Source: a virus. From it: a DNA stretch of 64,000 nt. The position numbers were made by a program, and so were the translations under genes. The notes beneath the pieces were generated by a model that searched no databases, was not told the DNA's origin, and worked only from the letters and a program-made list of their open reading frames with translations. Of this stretch, positions 9,789 to 18,928 are shown in pieces. The first letter of the stretch is position 1, and every line of letters starts with the position of its first letter. The stretch is taken from positions 1 through 64,000 of the IMG/VR virus record IMGVR_UViG_3300046810_000466; one strand, written 5' to 3'.

Positions 9789-10706
9789 TTAGTTTGCAAC
9801 AAACTCTTGGTAAGTTTGCGGCCAGCCACCAGAGTAATCGTAACTGTCCGGATCAGTGGCAGCCATCATGGCCTGACGATGCTGCTCTGCAATAACGAAC
9901 AATTCGCTCTCTTTGTCTACGCCTGCATCGATGATCTGGTGCAACAGGTTCTGGGTGAAAGGAACAAACTCGCCCGACATGGTTTTCCATGACGTGAAGA
10001 CTGTCGTTGGAGGAATCCCTTTACGGGTCAGCGAACCGTCCAACAGGGCGTACTGGTTACGGCTAGCCGCATCAGTCCAGAACCAGTACGACTTGGTGCC
10101 GACCGTCAGCTGTACACCACCGGCCTTACGGCGTTCACGTTCGTCGTGGATGCGCAACCATTGATCATCCTGCTTTTCTTTTTTGGTGTACGCGATTGCT
10201 GGCGCCTGCATCATGGCAACGAATTCATCCGTGATGCGGGTAACGCTTTCAACGTCAATAGCTCGCAGGAAATCCAACTCAGCAGGAATAGCTGGCCACG
10301 CAATCGTGTACAGCGAATTCTGTTGCGGGATATCACGCAGAGCTTGGCGGAAGGAGCTGATCCGACGTTGTGAGACTACGTCGTACGACGCCCAACGATC
10401 GCTGGTAGTGACAGCGTCCGTAGCTTCCAGCAATGGGTTACGCATCGAGCGAACCCAGTCGTCAACAGTTGGCGTGCACATCGTGACAATCGCATCAATG
10501 CTCGCCTGACTGATACCGAACTGAACAGCAGTGTCGACCGTCATGAAACCAACCCCATGGTTCTGGGACCAGGCCAAGTTAGCCAATGACTCGTCAGACA
10601 GATCGCAGAGACTGGCAATGTTACGCCACGTGTCAGGGAGTTGAATCAAGTCAACTGCCACCTTTGCATCCAAATCGCACTGCAGATACCATTTTGCATT
10701 CTTCAT
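9789..10706 (-). CDS. Tail fiber assembly chaperone (tail assembly chaperone domain plus DUF4376-like domain)
   Basis: 305 aa. 'RSMRNPLLEATD...FRQALRDIPQQ...IAWPAIP' followed by 'ERERRKAGGV...WFWTDAASRNQY...WKTMSGEFV...AEQHRQAM'. Confidence 0.75.
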   Translation of the reverse strand: MKNAKWYLQCDLDAKVAVDLIQLPDTWRNIASLCDLSDESLANLAWSQNHGVGFMTVDTAVQFGISQASIDAIVTMCTPTVDDWVRSMRNPLLEATDAVTTSDRWASYDVVSQRRISSFRQALRDIPQQNSLYTIAWPAIPAELDFLRAIDVESVTRITDEFVAMMQAPAIAYTKKEKQDDQWLRIHDERERRKAGGVQLTVGTKSYWFWTDAASRNQYALLDGSLTRKGIPPTTVFTSWKTMSGEFVPFTQNLLHQIIDAGVDKESELFVIAEQHRQAMMAATDPDSYDYSGGWPQTYQEFVAN

Positions 10707-10723
10707 GTTGCTATCCTTTTCTT

Positions 10724-11569
10724 TTACGTACCAGTAATGGTGACATACCCACCAGCTGGCACAGTAATCGTTACGCCATTCGTTGAGTATGCGATGCTTG
10801 ATGGCGTTGGCCCGATAACGGGGGCGAGACTATCGCCTGGTCCACCCGGGAAGGTTACGCCGAAGATGTTCGTTGGCGAGCCTGGAGTTCCAGGGACATA
10901 CGGGTTATACACTGCATTGCCCGGGACGTAGGGATTGTACTCAGCATAGCCCGGTTCGTCTGGGTTGTAATACGCATTCCCTGGAACATACGGGTTGTAG
11001 TTCGCATTCCCTGGGTTACCAGGGTTGTAATACGCATAACCTGGTGTCGATGAGTTCTGATAGCCATTACCTTCAATGGTTTCAGGACTGACGTCGACAC
11101 TGTAATAAGACTGGTTTGTCGGATTGTAACTGGAGAACGGACTCACGGTGAAGTAGGGATTTACCGTATAAGACGAATAACTCCCGTTCGGAGACGAGTG
11201 GTATTCGTACAAACCAATCCCTGGTTTAGATGGATTGGTTCCTGAATTACCAGGGATTGGCGGATTGTAACCAGCTACGTTACCGGGCGACGGAGGATTC
11301 GTCCCAGTGTAGTTACCACCACTGCCGGGATTGGTGCCAGCATAGTTACCTGGCTCATCCGGGTTGTAGTAGGCGACATTCCCGCCCGTAGCCGGATTGT
11401 AATACGAGACATTGCCACCGTAAGAGTAGTTACCAGAGGCACCTCGACCAGCAATCTTAAACACGCCCTTACCGTAGGGTGGTTTGTAGACTCCAGTCGA
11501 GTTCATCGTCGTCGTTCCTTTGACGGCGAGATTGCTCCGCTCACGGCGAAGCATGTTTGCTAGTTTCAT
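10724..11569 (-). CDS. Pro/Gly/Asn/Tyr-repeat protein A (putative fiber-tip adhesin)
   Basis: 281 aa. PGNxxYNPxx repeats flank a unique core. Paralog of 11582..12334. Confidence 0.7.
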   Translation of the reverse strand: MKLANMLRRERSNLAVKGTTTMNSTGVYKPPYGKGVFKIAGRGASGNYSYGGNVSYYNPATGGNVAYYNPDEPGNYAGTNPGSGGNYTGTNPPSPGNVAGYNPPIPGNSGTNPSKPGIGLYEYHSSPNGSYSSYTVNPYFTVSPFSSYNPTNQSYYSVDVSPETIEGNGYQNSSTPGYAYYNPGNPGNANYNPYVPGNAYYNPDEPGYAEYNPYVPGNAVYNPYVPGTPGSPTNIFGVTFPGGPGDSLAPVIGPTPSSIAYSTNGVTITVPAGGYVTITGT

Positions 11570-11581
11570 AATGCTCGCATT

Positions 11582-12334
11582 CTAAAGAGTGGTGATCGTC
11601 ACATATCCTCCAGAACCAACGGTAATGGGGATTGGACTGGCTGTATATCTGAGTGTAGATGGTGCTGGCGCCACCACTGGCGCCAAGCTGTCAGCAGCGC
11701 CTCCAGGAAAGACAACACCACCAACTGAATTAGTTGGCCCAGGGTTTCCTGGGACGTATGGGTTGTAGTTCGCATTACCCGGGGTTGGCGAATTGTAATA
11801 CGCATAACCGGGTTCTGTTGGATTGTAATAGGCAGTGCCAGGAGTGTCTGGATTAGAATACGCATTACCAGGCACTTCAACATCATCGTACTCTGCTTCG
11901 TTCAGCGTCCAATCCCCATTACCGTATTCTCGGTACTGTGAATCGCTTGGTGGATGTGGTCCGCTGCCAGACCAGTGGCCGGAGTAGCCCGCACTCGTGA
12001 ACTGTCCATCAATGGTGCCGTATTGAAAGAATGTGGTAATGTTCCACGGACCAGGCTGTGGAGGGTTATAGCCTGTGTTACCTGGTTCTGGCGAATTATA
12101 TCCAGCGACATTACCAGGTTCCGGACTATACGATCCGGCATAGTTGCCAGGAACCGTTGGGTTATAATAACTTACATTTCCACCTGAAGCATAATTCCCA
12201 GCTGCACCCCGTCCTCCTACTCTCACCGCACCTTTTCCGTATGGGAGAACAAGGTTACCAGGCGCATTCATTGTGTACGACCCTTTAAGAGGTCGATTGG
12301 TTACTTCCCGCATTAACATTCGAGCTAATTTCAT
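11582..12334 (-). CDS. Pro/Gly/Asn/Tyr-repeat protein B (putative fiber-tip adhesin)
   Basis: 250 aa. Same N-terminal (MKLA.ML.RE..N...KG..TMN) and C-terminal (FPGG..DSLAPV...ITV..GGYVTIT) framework as protein A. Confidence 0.7.
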   Translation of the reverse strand: MKLARMLMREVTNRPLKGSYTMNAPGNLVLPYGKGAVRVGGRGAAGNYASGGNVSYYNPTVPGNYAGSYSPEPGNVAGYNSPEPGNTGYNPPQPGPWNITTFFQYGTIDGQFTSAGYSGHWSGSGPHPPSDSQYREYGNGDWTLNEAEYDDVEVPGNAYSNPDTPGTAYYNPTEPGYAYYNSPTPGNANYNPYVPGNPGPTNSVGGVVFPGGAADSLAPVVAPAPSTLRYTASPIPITVGSGGYVTITTL

Positions 12335-12352
12335 ATTACTCTCACAATCGAT

Positions 12353-12379
12353 AGAGTCGCGAGCAGTGCTCGCGACTCT
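12353..12379. other. Perfect intergenic hairpin with no U-tract (RNA processing/stability element?)
   Basis: AGAGTCGCGAGC-AGT-GCTCGCGACTCT, between the fiber and adhesin genes. Confidence 0.5.
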
Positions 12380-12391
12380 GTTGAACTGCGT

Positions 12392-15130
12392 TTATTTTGC
12401 GTCTGCAACTGCCAAGCTACCGAAGTACACACCGTTGTCGACAAAGAACGTCCACACGTCAATCGCATTCGCCGTCGTAGTCCGTGGTGGGAGGAAGCCG
12501 CCTGCCCACTTGATGGTGTTGCCGAACGCCAGACCACGTCCAGCCGTGCCGTCGTTGGTAGTGATCAGCGTGAAGCTGAACAACTCACCATTGGTCGGTG
12601 TAGGTGGATTGCTAAACGTTACTGTGGTGTTGGCCGCAACCGCAACTTTGAAGACGACTGCTTGGTCGCCAGTGTTGAGGTCCACTGCTGTAGCTGCTGT
12701 GTTAGCCGTAATCGAACGAGACTTATCCAACAGGCCGCCCACCAAAGGCGCACCAGTCGCACGATTGTAGGACACGCAGTGCACAACACCACCAGGACGA
12801 CCGACAAACGTCGCGTAATCGCCGGCGGCGGTCTTGATGTCCAGGCCGGTCGGCAACACCAGGTTCACGCTATTGGTCAGGGTCAAGATGCCAGAGAACC
12901 GAACCAGACGTTCTGCACCATCAGTCAATACAATCGACGTGATGTTCGTCGTACCAGTGACGTCAACAACGTTACCGGTTGCATTGGTCAGGTTCAGCGC
13001 AGCGATCGAAGCCAAGTCAGCACCACGCGCAACGTCAAACGTACCAACGACGTTCACACCTTTGATAGTCACAGCCAGACGGGTAACAAGGTTGCGGTCA
13101 GCCAATGAAACGTCCGCAGCAGAACCGTTACCAACAACAGTAGCGCCACGAGTGGTGTCCGATGCCACCATGCCAAGACCAGCTGTAGCCTGAGCCGAAG
13201 CTGCGGTTCCTGTTGTCACCAAGCGGCCGCCACTGAACGTACCCGCAGCCAGCGTATTCGTGCTAGGGTTATAGTTCAGCTCCGTATCAGCCTTCAGTGC
13301 GGTCTGGGAATTGATACCGTCGCCGAAGGAAATGTAGTACGTTGCATTGGTGTTGGCGGCATCGTTAAACTTAACCGAACCGTTGACATTCAGGGTTAGT
13401 GGACTACTGCCCAACTTCCCCAGAATTGTGCTTTGATTCTCATCGCCAGTGTTGGTACCAGACACCAGATCGAGCGCAGCGCGATTTGCGTGAGTGATAG
13501 CCACCTTTTCGCCAGCGGTCACAAACACACGACCCACCGTTTCATCAATCGTCAATGCCGATTGCGTGCCGGTATGGCTCGAACGTGCCACCAGATAGGC
13601 GTCGGTTTGGTTGCTAGTGAAACCCAACGGATTCGTAGCGTTATACGGCACGTACCCAATGTTCGATTCCAACACATCCCAGTTCGATGCAACTTGACCA
13701 GGATCATCAACCAGCGCGCGGAAACTGTCGCCAACGTTGACAGCCACTCCACCCAACAGACCGACAACACTAACGAACCACAGGTTGCCCTTCTGAATGC
13801 TTCCAGTAGGGCTAGAACCGCCCGTGGTGGGCCAAGCGTTAGAACTAGCATCCCAACTACCCCGATCGTTCAGAACGCCTGTGAGACGCGTATCCAGATA
13901 GGACCGAACGGCTTGGGTGGTTGGATACAACGTGTTGTTGATCGTGGCGAAGCTGGTTGCTTTGTTCGACAGGTTTTCTTTGATCAGTGCCAGGTTGGTT
14001 AACTCAGCGAAAGCCGCATTCAGCTGGCCTTGGATCTTCCCTATCGCCAGCAACACCGTATCAGCGGCCGCCACCGCTGAATTCGAACCCACCGCATAAC
14101 CAGCCAACACGGACGAGATGGAACGCAGTTGCGTGAAATACAGGTTCAGATTACCTTCGGCCAGCTGATTGGTGCTGTTGAGTACCACGTTCAGCAGGTT
14201 GTAATTGGTGCCGTTCCAGTAGTATACGCCGCCGTTATCTTCAGCGATGTAAATCCGTTTCTGAACCCCAGGCTGAGGAATCACCCCGTAGTTAGCAACT
14301 GTGACCACCGATTCAAACGCAGCGGGCAAGTTCTCGGTCGGCACCAGACGGTTCGCATCCAGCGGTGCTACACCGTTAAGTGCATTGCGGGCACCCAGTG
14401 GCATGATCTCATAGCCGACTTTAGCAACGATGCTCTCACGGGTTTCGTCACCAGCGTTCACACCGGAGATCGAAGGGATCTGCAGCTTTGACAGAATGGA
14501 TGTCTTAGTCTCGTCACCGGTGTTATCGCCAGACAGAACAGTAATGTTCAGCTTGGCACGAATGGTGGCAGTTGTTTCATCGCCGGTATTAGTATTGCTG
14601 TTGATGCCTTTGATGTCACTCTTCAGTGCCAACACGCCGTCGCCATCAGGCAGTTCAATCATGCGGCTGACGTTGTGGTTATGGAACAAATAACTAAAGA
14701 TGCTGTCTGCACCATTCCGGATTGGCAGCTTGGCGCCTTCGTAGCCGAAGTAGCCGCCGACCTTGTTGCGATTGGCTGGCGTTTCACGACCGTCGATCTG
14801 AGCGATCAGGGTTTCAATGGCACCTTGTACAGCAATGGAGAGCGGCAACTCAGATGGCGCCAAGTTCTCAACCTTGTCCAAGTTGAGGTTAGCGCGACCC
14901 CAGGCCTTCTGGTTGTTATCGTAACCGCCATCACCATCAAGGCGCAGTCGGTTACTCAGGTCAGGCACCAGCTGGTCAATGCGTTCAGCTGCCAAGCGGG
15001 CTTGTTTCGCGATGCTAGGGACCGGGCCATTCGGAGTAGCCACATCGGTCTGGTCATCCCCTTTTGCATACTGACCAGCCTTGCTCATGCTGTCTTTAAA
15101 GCCGACAATCAGATTGTCTAATTCGGACAT
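12392..15130 (-). CDS. Tail fiber protein
   Basis: 912 aa. Anchor (KGDDQTDVATPNGPVPSIAK), NTGDET repeats, 'EGNLNLYFTQLR', an NDRGSWDAS module, and a C-terminal 'IKWAGG..P..TTTANAIDVWTF' tip domain. Confidence 0.85.
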   Translation of the reverse strand: MSELDNLIVGFKDSMSKAGQYAKGDDQTDVATPNGPVPSIAKQARLAAERIDQLVPDLSNRLRLDGDGGYDNNQKAWGRANLNLDKVENLAPSELPLSIAVQGAIETLIAQIDGRETPANRNKVGGYFGYEGAKLPIRNGADSIFSYLFHNHNVSRMIELPDGDGVLALKSDIKGINSNTNTGDETTATIRAKLNITVLSGDNTGDETKTSILSKLQIPSISGVNAGDETRESIVAKVGYEIMPLGARNALNGVAPLDANRLVPTENLPAAFESVVTVANYGVIPQPGVQKRIYIAEDNGGVYYWNGTNYNLLNVVLNSTNQLAEGNLNLYFTQLRSISSVLAGYAVGSNSAVAAADTVLLAIGKIQGQLNAAFAELTNLALIKENLSNKATSFATINNTLYPTTQAVRSYLDTRLTGVLNDRGSWDASSNAWPTTGGSSPTGSIQKGNLWFVSVVGLLGGVAVNVGDSFRALVDDPGQVASNWDVLESNIGYVPYNATNPLGFTSNQTDAYLVARSSHTGTQSALTIDETVGRVFVTAGEKVAITHANRAALDLVSGTNTGDENQSTILGKLGSSPLTLNVNGSVKFNDAANTNATYYISFGDGINSQTALKADTELNYNPSTNTLAAGTFSGGRLVTTGTAASAQATAGLGMVASDTTRGATVVGNGSAADVSLADRNLVTRLAVTIKGVNVVGTFDVARGADLASIAALNLTNATGNVVDVTGTTNITSIVLTDGAERLVRFSGILTLTNSVNLVLPTGLDIKTAAGDYATFVGRPGGVVHCVSYNRATGAPLVGGLLDKSRSITANTAATAVDLNTGDQAVVFKVAVAANTTVTFSNPPTPTNGELFSFTLITTNDGTAGRGLAFGNTIKWAGGFLPPRTTTANAIDVWTFFVDNGVYFGSLAVADAK

Positions 15131-15163
15131 GGTTCTTCCTTTTATCTATGCTTGTGTTTTGTA

Positions 15164-15649
15164 CTAAGTGAACAGGTCCGCGGCTTCGTTATTCCAGAAG
15201 TCCAACAGTCCAGGTGCTTCAGCGGGAATCCCGTTCAAAAGCGTCACCTGTGTGTTCCCCAACCAAACTAGGGAAGAACTCTTTGCACTCAGAATGAAAT
15301 TGGTAATCACACCATTATCGACTAGAGGCAAGCCGTCGTTGGTGAAATCGTCCGCAGTCATCTGTGCGTCTTTTTGATAGTTGATGAGACCGAGCAGTTC
15401 GTCGTAACTGAACTGTTCTTCCCGGACAAAGATCAGGTCACCCAAGGCCGTCAAGTTCACTCGGGTATAGAACAAGTCAACTTGACCAGTGTAGCCACGT
15501 CCATGCACAGCACGCATGACTGCGCGGGTGTTGTGAGTAGAAGCACCTTCCACCACTTGTTCGCCGATAGTGACCACACCTTGAACCAGCGGGTACGTCG
15601 GCCGATTCTTTTCGTAGATCATTGCAACGATACGATCGAAGCTTGACAT
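15164..15649 (-). CDS. phiKZ-like small virion/tail adapter protein (paralog 3 of 4)
   Basis: 161 aa. HNTRAVMRAVHGRGYTGQVDLFYTRV...SLVWLG. Confidence 0.65.
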   Translation of the reverse strand: MSSFDRIVAMIYEKNRPTYPLVQGVVTIGEQVVEGASTHNTRAVMRAVHGRGYTGQVDLFYTRVNLTALGDLIFVREEQFSYDELLGLINYQKDAQMTADDFTNDGLPLVDNGVITNFILSAKSSSLVWLGNTQVTLLNGIPAEAPGLLDFWNNEAADLFT

Positions 15650-15681
15650 GTTCTTTCCTTTTATACATGCAACAAAAAAAG

Positions 15682-15840
15682 TAGCATCCCTACCCTCACT
15701 CGCCTAGATGAGGTAAGTAAGGGTAGGGATGCTATTTCATTGGCGTCAAAAATGAGAGCAGAATGAAAGAAATAAAGGAGGAGGATTTCTCCCCCTCCTT
15801 TATCATTCCTATCCCTCGGGATAACTCGAAAGGTATCCCG
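15682..15840. other. Cluster of three intergenic hairpins
   Basis: Stems at 15682-15734 (15 bp), 15772-15803 and 15817-15840. The first is followed by T7 on the minus strand, which is terminator-like. Confidence 0.55.
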
Positions 15841-15847
15841 CTACGGA

Positions 15848-16363
15848 TTAGTAGACAGGGTAGGACAGGCCGTTCAGTTCGGTCACGGTGATCAGGGTGG
15901 CCAGGTCGACGTCGTTACCGTCGATGATCAGTTCCAGCGAGCCGCGGAAGATGTACGAACCGGTTTTGGCGCGCAGCGTGAAGGCTTCGGTTTCCAGCGG
16001 ATCGCTGCCGTCGAAGGTTGGCATCGCGTCGTCTTCGATGTCTTCCGGCTGCAGGTTCAGCTGGTAGGCGGCGTTCAGTGCCGGGATCAGGCCGTGTGCC
16101 GACGTGACGGAGCCGATGTTGAAGGTCTTGTTGCGCGCGCCAGGGATGGCAGCCAGGTCAACGCGGTCGTAGGTCAGATCGCGCTGGCCGGTATAGCCGC
16201 GGCCGTTGACAGCGGTGATGCGCACGCCGGTGTTCTTGTTGCCGGAGCCGAGAACGGAAGGCGCCGTGAAGGTGACGTCCTGGGTGGTCAGTGCGGTGAC
16301 GTTGGTTTCATTGATCAGATCGATCAGGATCTGCAAGGGTGCTTTGGTGAAATCGGTTGCCAT
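15848..16363 (-). CDS. phiKZ-like small virion/tail adapter protein (paralog 4 of 4)
   Basis: Likely start MATDFTKAP at 16363 after a GAGG RBS. KNTGVRITAVNGRGYTGQRDLTYDRV...LNAAYQLNLQPEDI...SYIFRG. Strongly biased codons. Confidence 0.7.
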   Translation of the reverse strand: MATDFTKAPLQILIDLINETNVTALTTQDVTFTAPSVLGSGNKNTGVRITAVNGRGYTGQRDLTYDRVDLAAIPGARNKTFNIGSVTSAHGLIPALNAAYQLNLQPEDIEDDAMPTFDGSDPLETEAFTLRAKTGSYIFRGSLELIIDGNDVDLATLITVTELNGLSYPVY

Positions 16364-16484
16364 GGAAGTGCCTCGGATAGAAGTGGATGGTGGTTTGCTT
16401 GAGCCAGGAAATGCAGAAGCCATTAGCTCAGTATGGCATAAGATAAATAAATATTTGATTTATGCAGAGAAATAGGAAAGTCTC

Positions 16485-16859
16485 CTACTGACAGGGATCT
16501 GCTGATGGCTTGCCAAGTATGTAATCAATTACTGACTTAGGACGAAACAAGCGCACAAACATTCCTGTCGAGATGAAGTCAAACCGTTTGAACGGGTCGT
16601 CCTCATCGTAGATCTCCACATGGATCAAACCCGTTTCAAGGTCTTGCATCAACACTTCTACATGTAGTTGACCGCAACGGCTGTCATACGTGCCGCGCTT
16701 CACAACTACATGGGAAGGAACGTAGTTTGGCACCATGGATGGCTTAAAGTCGCCCTCCGTAGTACCAGGAGTCGTTTGCAGTTGTCTTGCCAGCTCTGCA
16801 AACGACTTATCAACAAAGGAGTGGAATTGCTCCTTTGCTTTGTTCAGCTGGTCGTCCAT
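16485..16859 (-). CDS. Hypothetical protein
   Basis: 124 aa with an AAGGAG RBS, packed directly after the upstream gene. Confidence 0.6.
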   Translation of the reverse strand: MDDQLNKAKEQFHSFVDKSFAELARQLQTTPGTTEGDFKPSMVPNYVPSHVVVKRGTYDSRCGQLHVEVLMQDLETGLIHVEIYDEDDPFKRFDFISTGMFVRLFRPKSVIDYILGKPSADPCQ

Positions 16860-16868
16860 ACGGACTCC

Positions 16869-18230
16869 TTAAGTTTCGCTACTATCCTCAACTGGTTTGA
16901 CAAACACACTCAACGTTACTGTGCTCGTGTAACGGGCAGAAGTTGGTCCAGGTTCACGCAAGCTCGTATACTCGTGCACACCCAGCAAGACACCCATCGC
17001 TTCTTTGATGTCTTCGCCGTCCAAGTACATGACCTTGGTTGGCATGCCAGGATACAACAAGCTCCGGTCTGCATTCTCCCACACCAGACTAATGCCGCTA
17101 CCCTGACGCTTTGCTAGCGCCGAATACTCCACAAAGGGATTGGCGTTGATCTGACGCAGCGCTGTAGTAACGTAGTTCATTTTGTTCTTGCGCTCTTCAC
17201 CAATTGCTTCGGTGTTGAGTTTGGCTCGGGATGCGATGGCCTTATTGCCCTTGGTGACAACAAAGTCTTCCATCATCTTCGATGCATCTGCAAAGCGAAT
17301 GCCGTTACCATCATTCAACTGGGCGGTGTTACTCAGATCCCGGAACGACACTTGACCCGTGGCAATGACAACCAGGTTATCGCCATCCTTCCGGAAGGTA
17401 CGCTCAATACCCGGCATGCGTTTCTCCGGGACATTGATCACTGTCAGCGTTGGACTGCCGTCATTGAAACGGGTGATGTCGAACGTTGGGTAAACATACC
17501 AGTGATTATTCTGCAGATAGTAACCCAACCCTGCCGCATACAAGCCACCGCAGTGGTAGTGGATGTGGTGAGGGACGTCGACTAACTGCAAGCCCTGAGG
17601 GATGATCAACATCTCCCGCTTCTTTTGATTCGAAGCAGGGATCATGTCCACCCCTTTGAGTTTACGATCGTCGTTGACCTTTGCTGACTGCGACCCTTTG
17701 GTCAGAACCGCTTTCACCACATCTTCGCCAGTCATGTTCCGGTAGATACCACCCACCGGGATCATGCGGATTTGTTCCAGCGATTTGTTGGTCAACTGGA
17801 ATTGCACCGTCAGGATGTCCATCCGGTTCAAATCTTCTTCCGACGTGATATTCCCCACTGATGCTTCGATGATGGGGTTGCCAGTGTCAATCATGGTGGC
17901 GGTATAACGTTCGGTCTGGGGAGCGCTATCTTCATCCACAGAGTCGCTACGCTCGCCAACACTTTGCCGAGTCAACTCGATGTCGAGGTCATCCAGGAAA
18001 GGATAGACACGCTTAGCGTACGTCCCCAACGGAATGACAACCGTGACCAAGATGAAGTCGGTATAGTTGTTCAAGTAATCCTGATTGAAGTCGATCGACA
18101 AGATGCGGAATGGGATGACGTAGTCTTCCCCATGGAAGATGGTCAGCTTCCATGCCAAGTGCACTGGCTTCTCACCACTCTGGATAATATCTTCGACTTC
18201 ATTCCAAAGAGAAGAGTCATCAATGATCAC
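16869..18230 (-). CDS. Virion structural protein, putative baseplate hub (phiKZ gp101-like)
   Basis: 453 aa. GTG start overlaps the upstream TGA. Size and order match the phiKZ structural block. Confidence 0.55.
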   Translation of the reverse strand: MIIDDSSLWNEVEDIIQSGEKPVHLAWKLTIFHGEDYVIPFRILSIDFNQDYLNNYTDFILVTVVIPLGTYAKRVYPFLDDLDIELTRQSVGERSDSVDEDSAPQTERYTATMIDTGNPIIEASVGNITSEEDLNRMDILTVQFQLTNKSLEQIRMIPVGGIYRNMTGEDVVKAVLTKGSQSAKVNDDRKLKGVDMIPASNQKKREMLIIPQGLQLVDVPHHIHYHCGGLYAAGLGYYLQNNHWYVYPTFDITRFNDGSPTLTVINVPEKRMPGIERTFRKDGDNLVVIATGQVSFRDLSNTAQLNDGNGIRFADASKMMEDFVVTKGNKAIASRAKLNTEAIGEERKNKMNYVTTALRQINANPFVEYSALAKRQGSGISLVWENADRSLLYPGMPTKVMYLDGEDIKEAMGVLLGVHEYTSLREPGPTSARYTSTVTLSVFVKPVEDSSET

Positions 18231-18928
18231 GAACCACCTCCCCAGTTCATGCCTTCACGTTTCTGGTGCTCGAACAACCGCTCCAGGCTAACGCGTTTCG
18301 GCAAGTTTGGATCGTCTTTGACTTCCATCATTTCCGGTTCACGCAACGGATCAGGGCGCGGCGCATCTTGACCCACGCCATAGTCACGACCCATGCCACC
18401 CGCTGTTGCTGATGGCGCTGCAGCGGCTTCTGTGCGACGTTGACGACCCAGTTTACTCAGACCAGAGAAACGGTCCGAGGAGAAGCGTTGTGCCATTTTG
18501 GAGTGCGGTGTATCCGACTTCATCTGGTAGCGTGCGTGACCGAAGATAGCCTCTGCAAACTTGTCCAGACGAATCAGCTCGTCCAGCGTCTTGACGTCAT
18601 TGGTCACGTTCTCCGACAACGTCATCACATTGCGCATGGCAATGAGGTGATTGGTGATCAGCTGATAAATCGTTTTGGTGTCTTCGTACTTGACGATAGC
18701 CACCGTGTAACCACGATTGAACATGTCTTCCATCTGTGCGATGTGCAGCATCACGACGGTTTCGTTCTTCGCCATCTCTCGGTCAACTTCTTCATTGCCG
18801 GTAGTTAGCGTGCCGTACAGTTTAATTTCTTCCACTGAACGGACTTTAAGTGGATTGACCCGGACGTAGAACAGCTTGTTGAATAAGTACCAAGCTGTAT
18901 TACGTTGGGACTCTTTCACATAGCCCAT
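18227..18928 (-). CDS. Conserved phiKZ-like protein (gp100-like)
   Basis: Likely start MGYVKES at 18928 (TAATG coupling, GGAGG RBS). Assigned by synteny. Confidence 0.55.
   Translation of the reverse strand: MGYVKESQRNTAWYLFNKLFYVRVNPLKVRSVEEIKLYGTLTTGNEEVDREMAKNETVVMLHIAQMEDMFNRGYTVAIVKYEDTKTIYQLITNHLIAMRNVMTLSENVTNDVKTLDELIRLDKFAEAIFGHARYQMKSDTPHSKMAQRFSSDRFSGLSKLGRQRRTEAAAAPSATAGGMGRDYGVGQDAPRPDPLREPEMMEVKDDPNLPKRVSLERLFEHQKREGMNWGGGS

Noticed and set aside
10724-12334. Diversity-generating retroelement TR/VR pair (Asn/Tyr-rich paralogs)
   Set aside because: Differences between the copies are not adenine-specific, there is no non-coding template repeat, and no reverse transcriptase is present in the window.
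15650-15847. tRNA in the structured intergenic region
   Set aside because: No cloverleaf, T-loop (GTTCRA) with matching arms, or CCA end could be identified.
820-16363. Invertible (shufflon/Gin-like) tail-fiber switch
   Set aside because: All cassettes are co-oriented, no recombinase gene is present, and I saw no inverted crossover sites.
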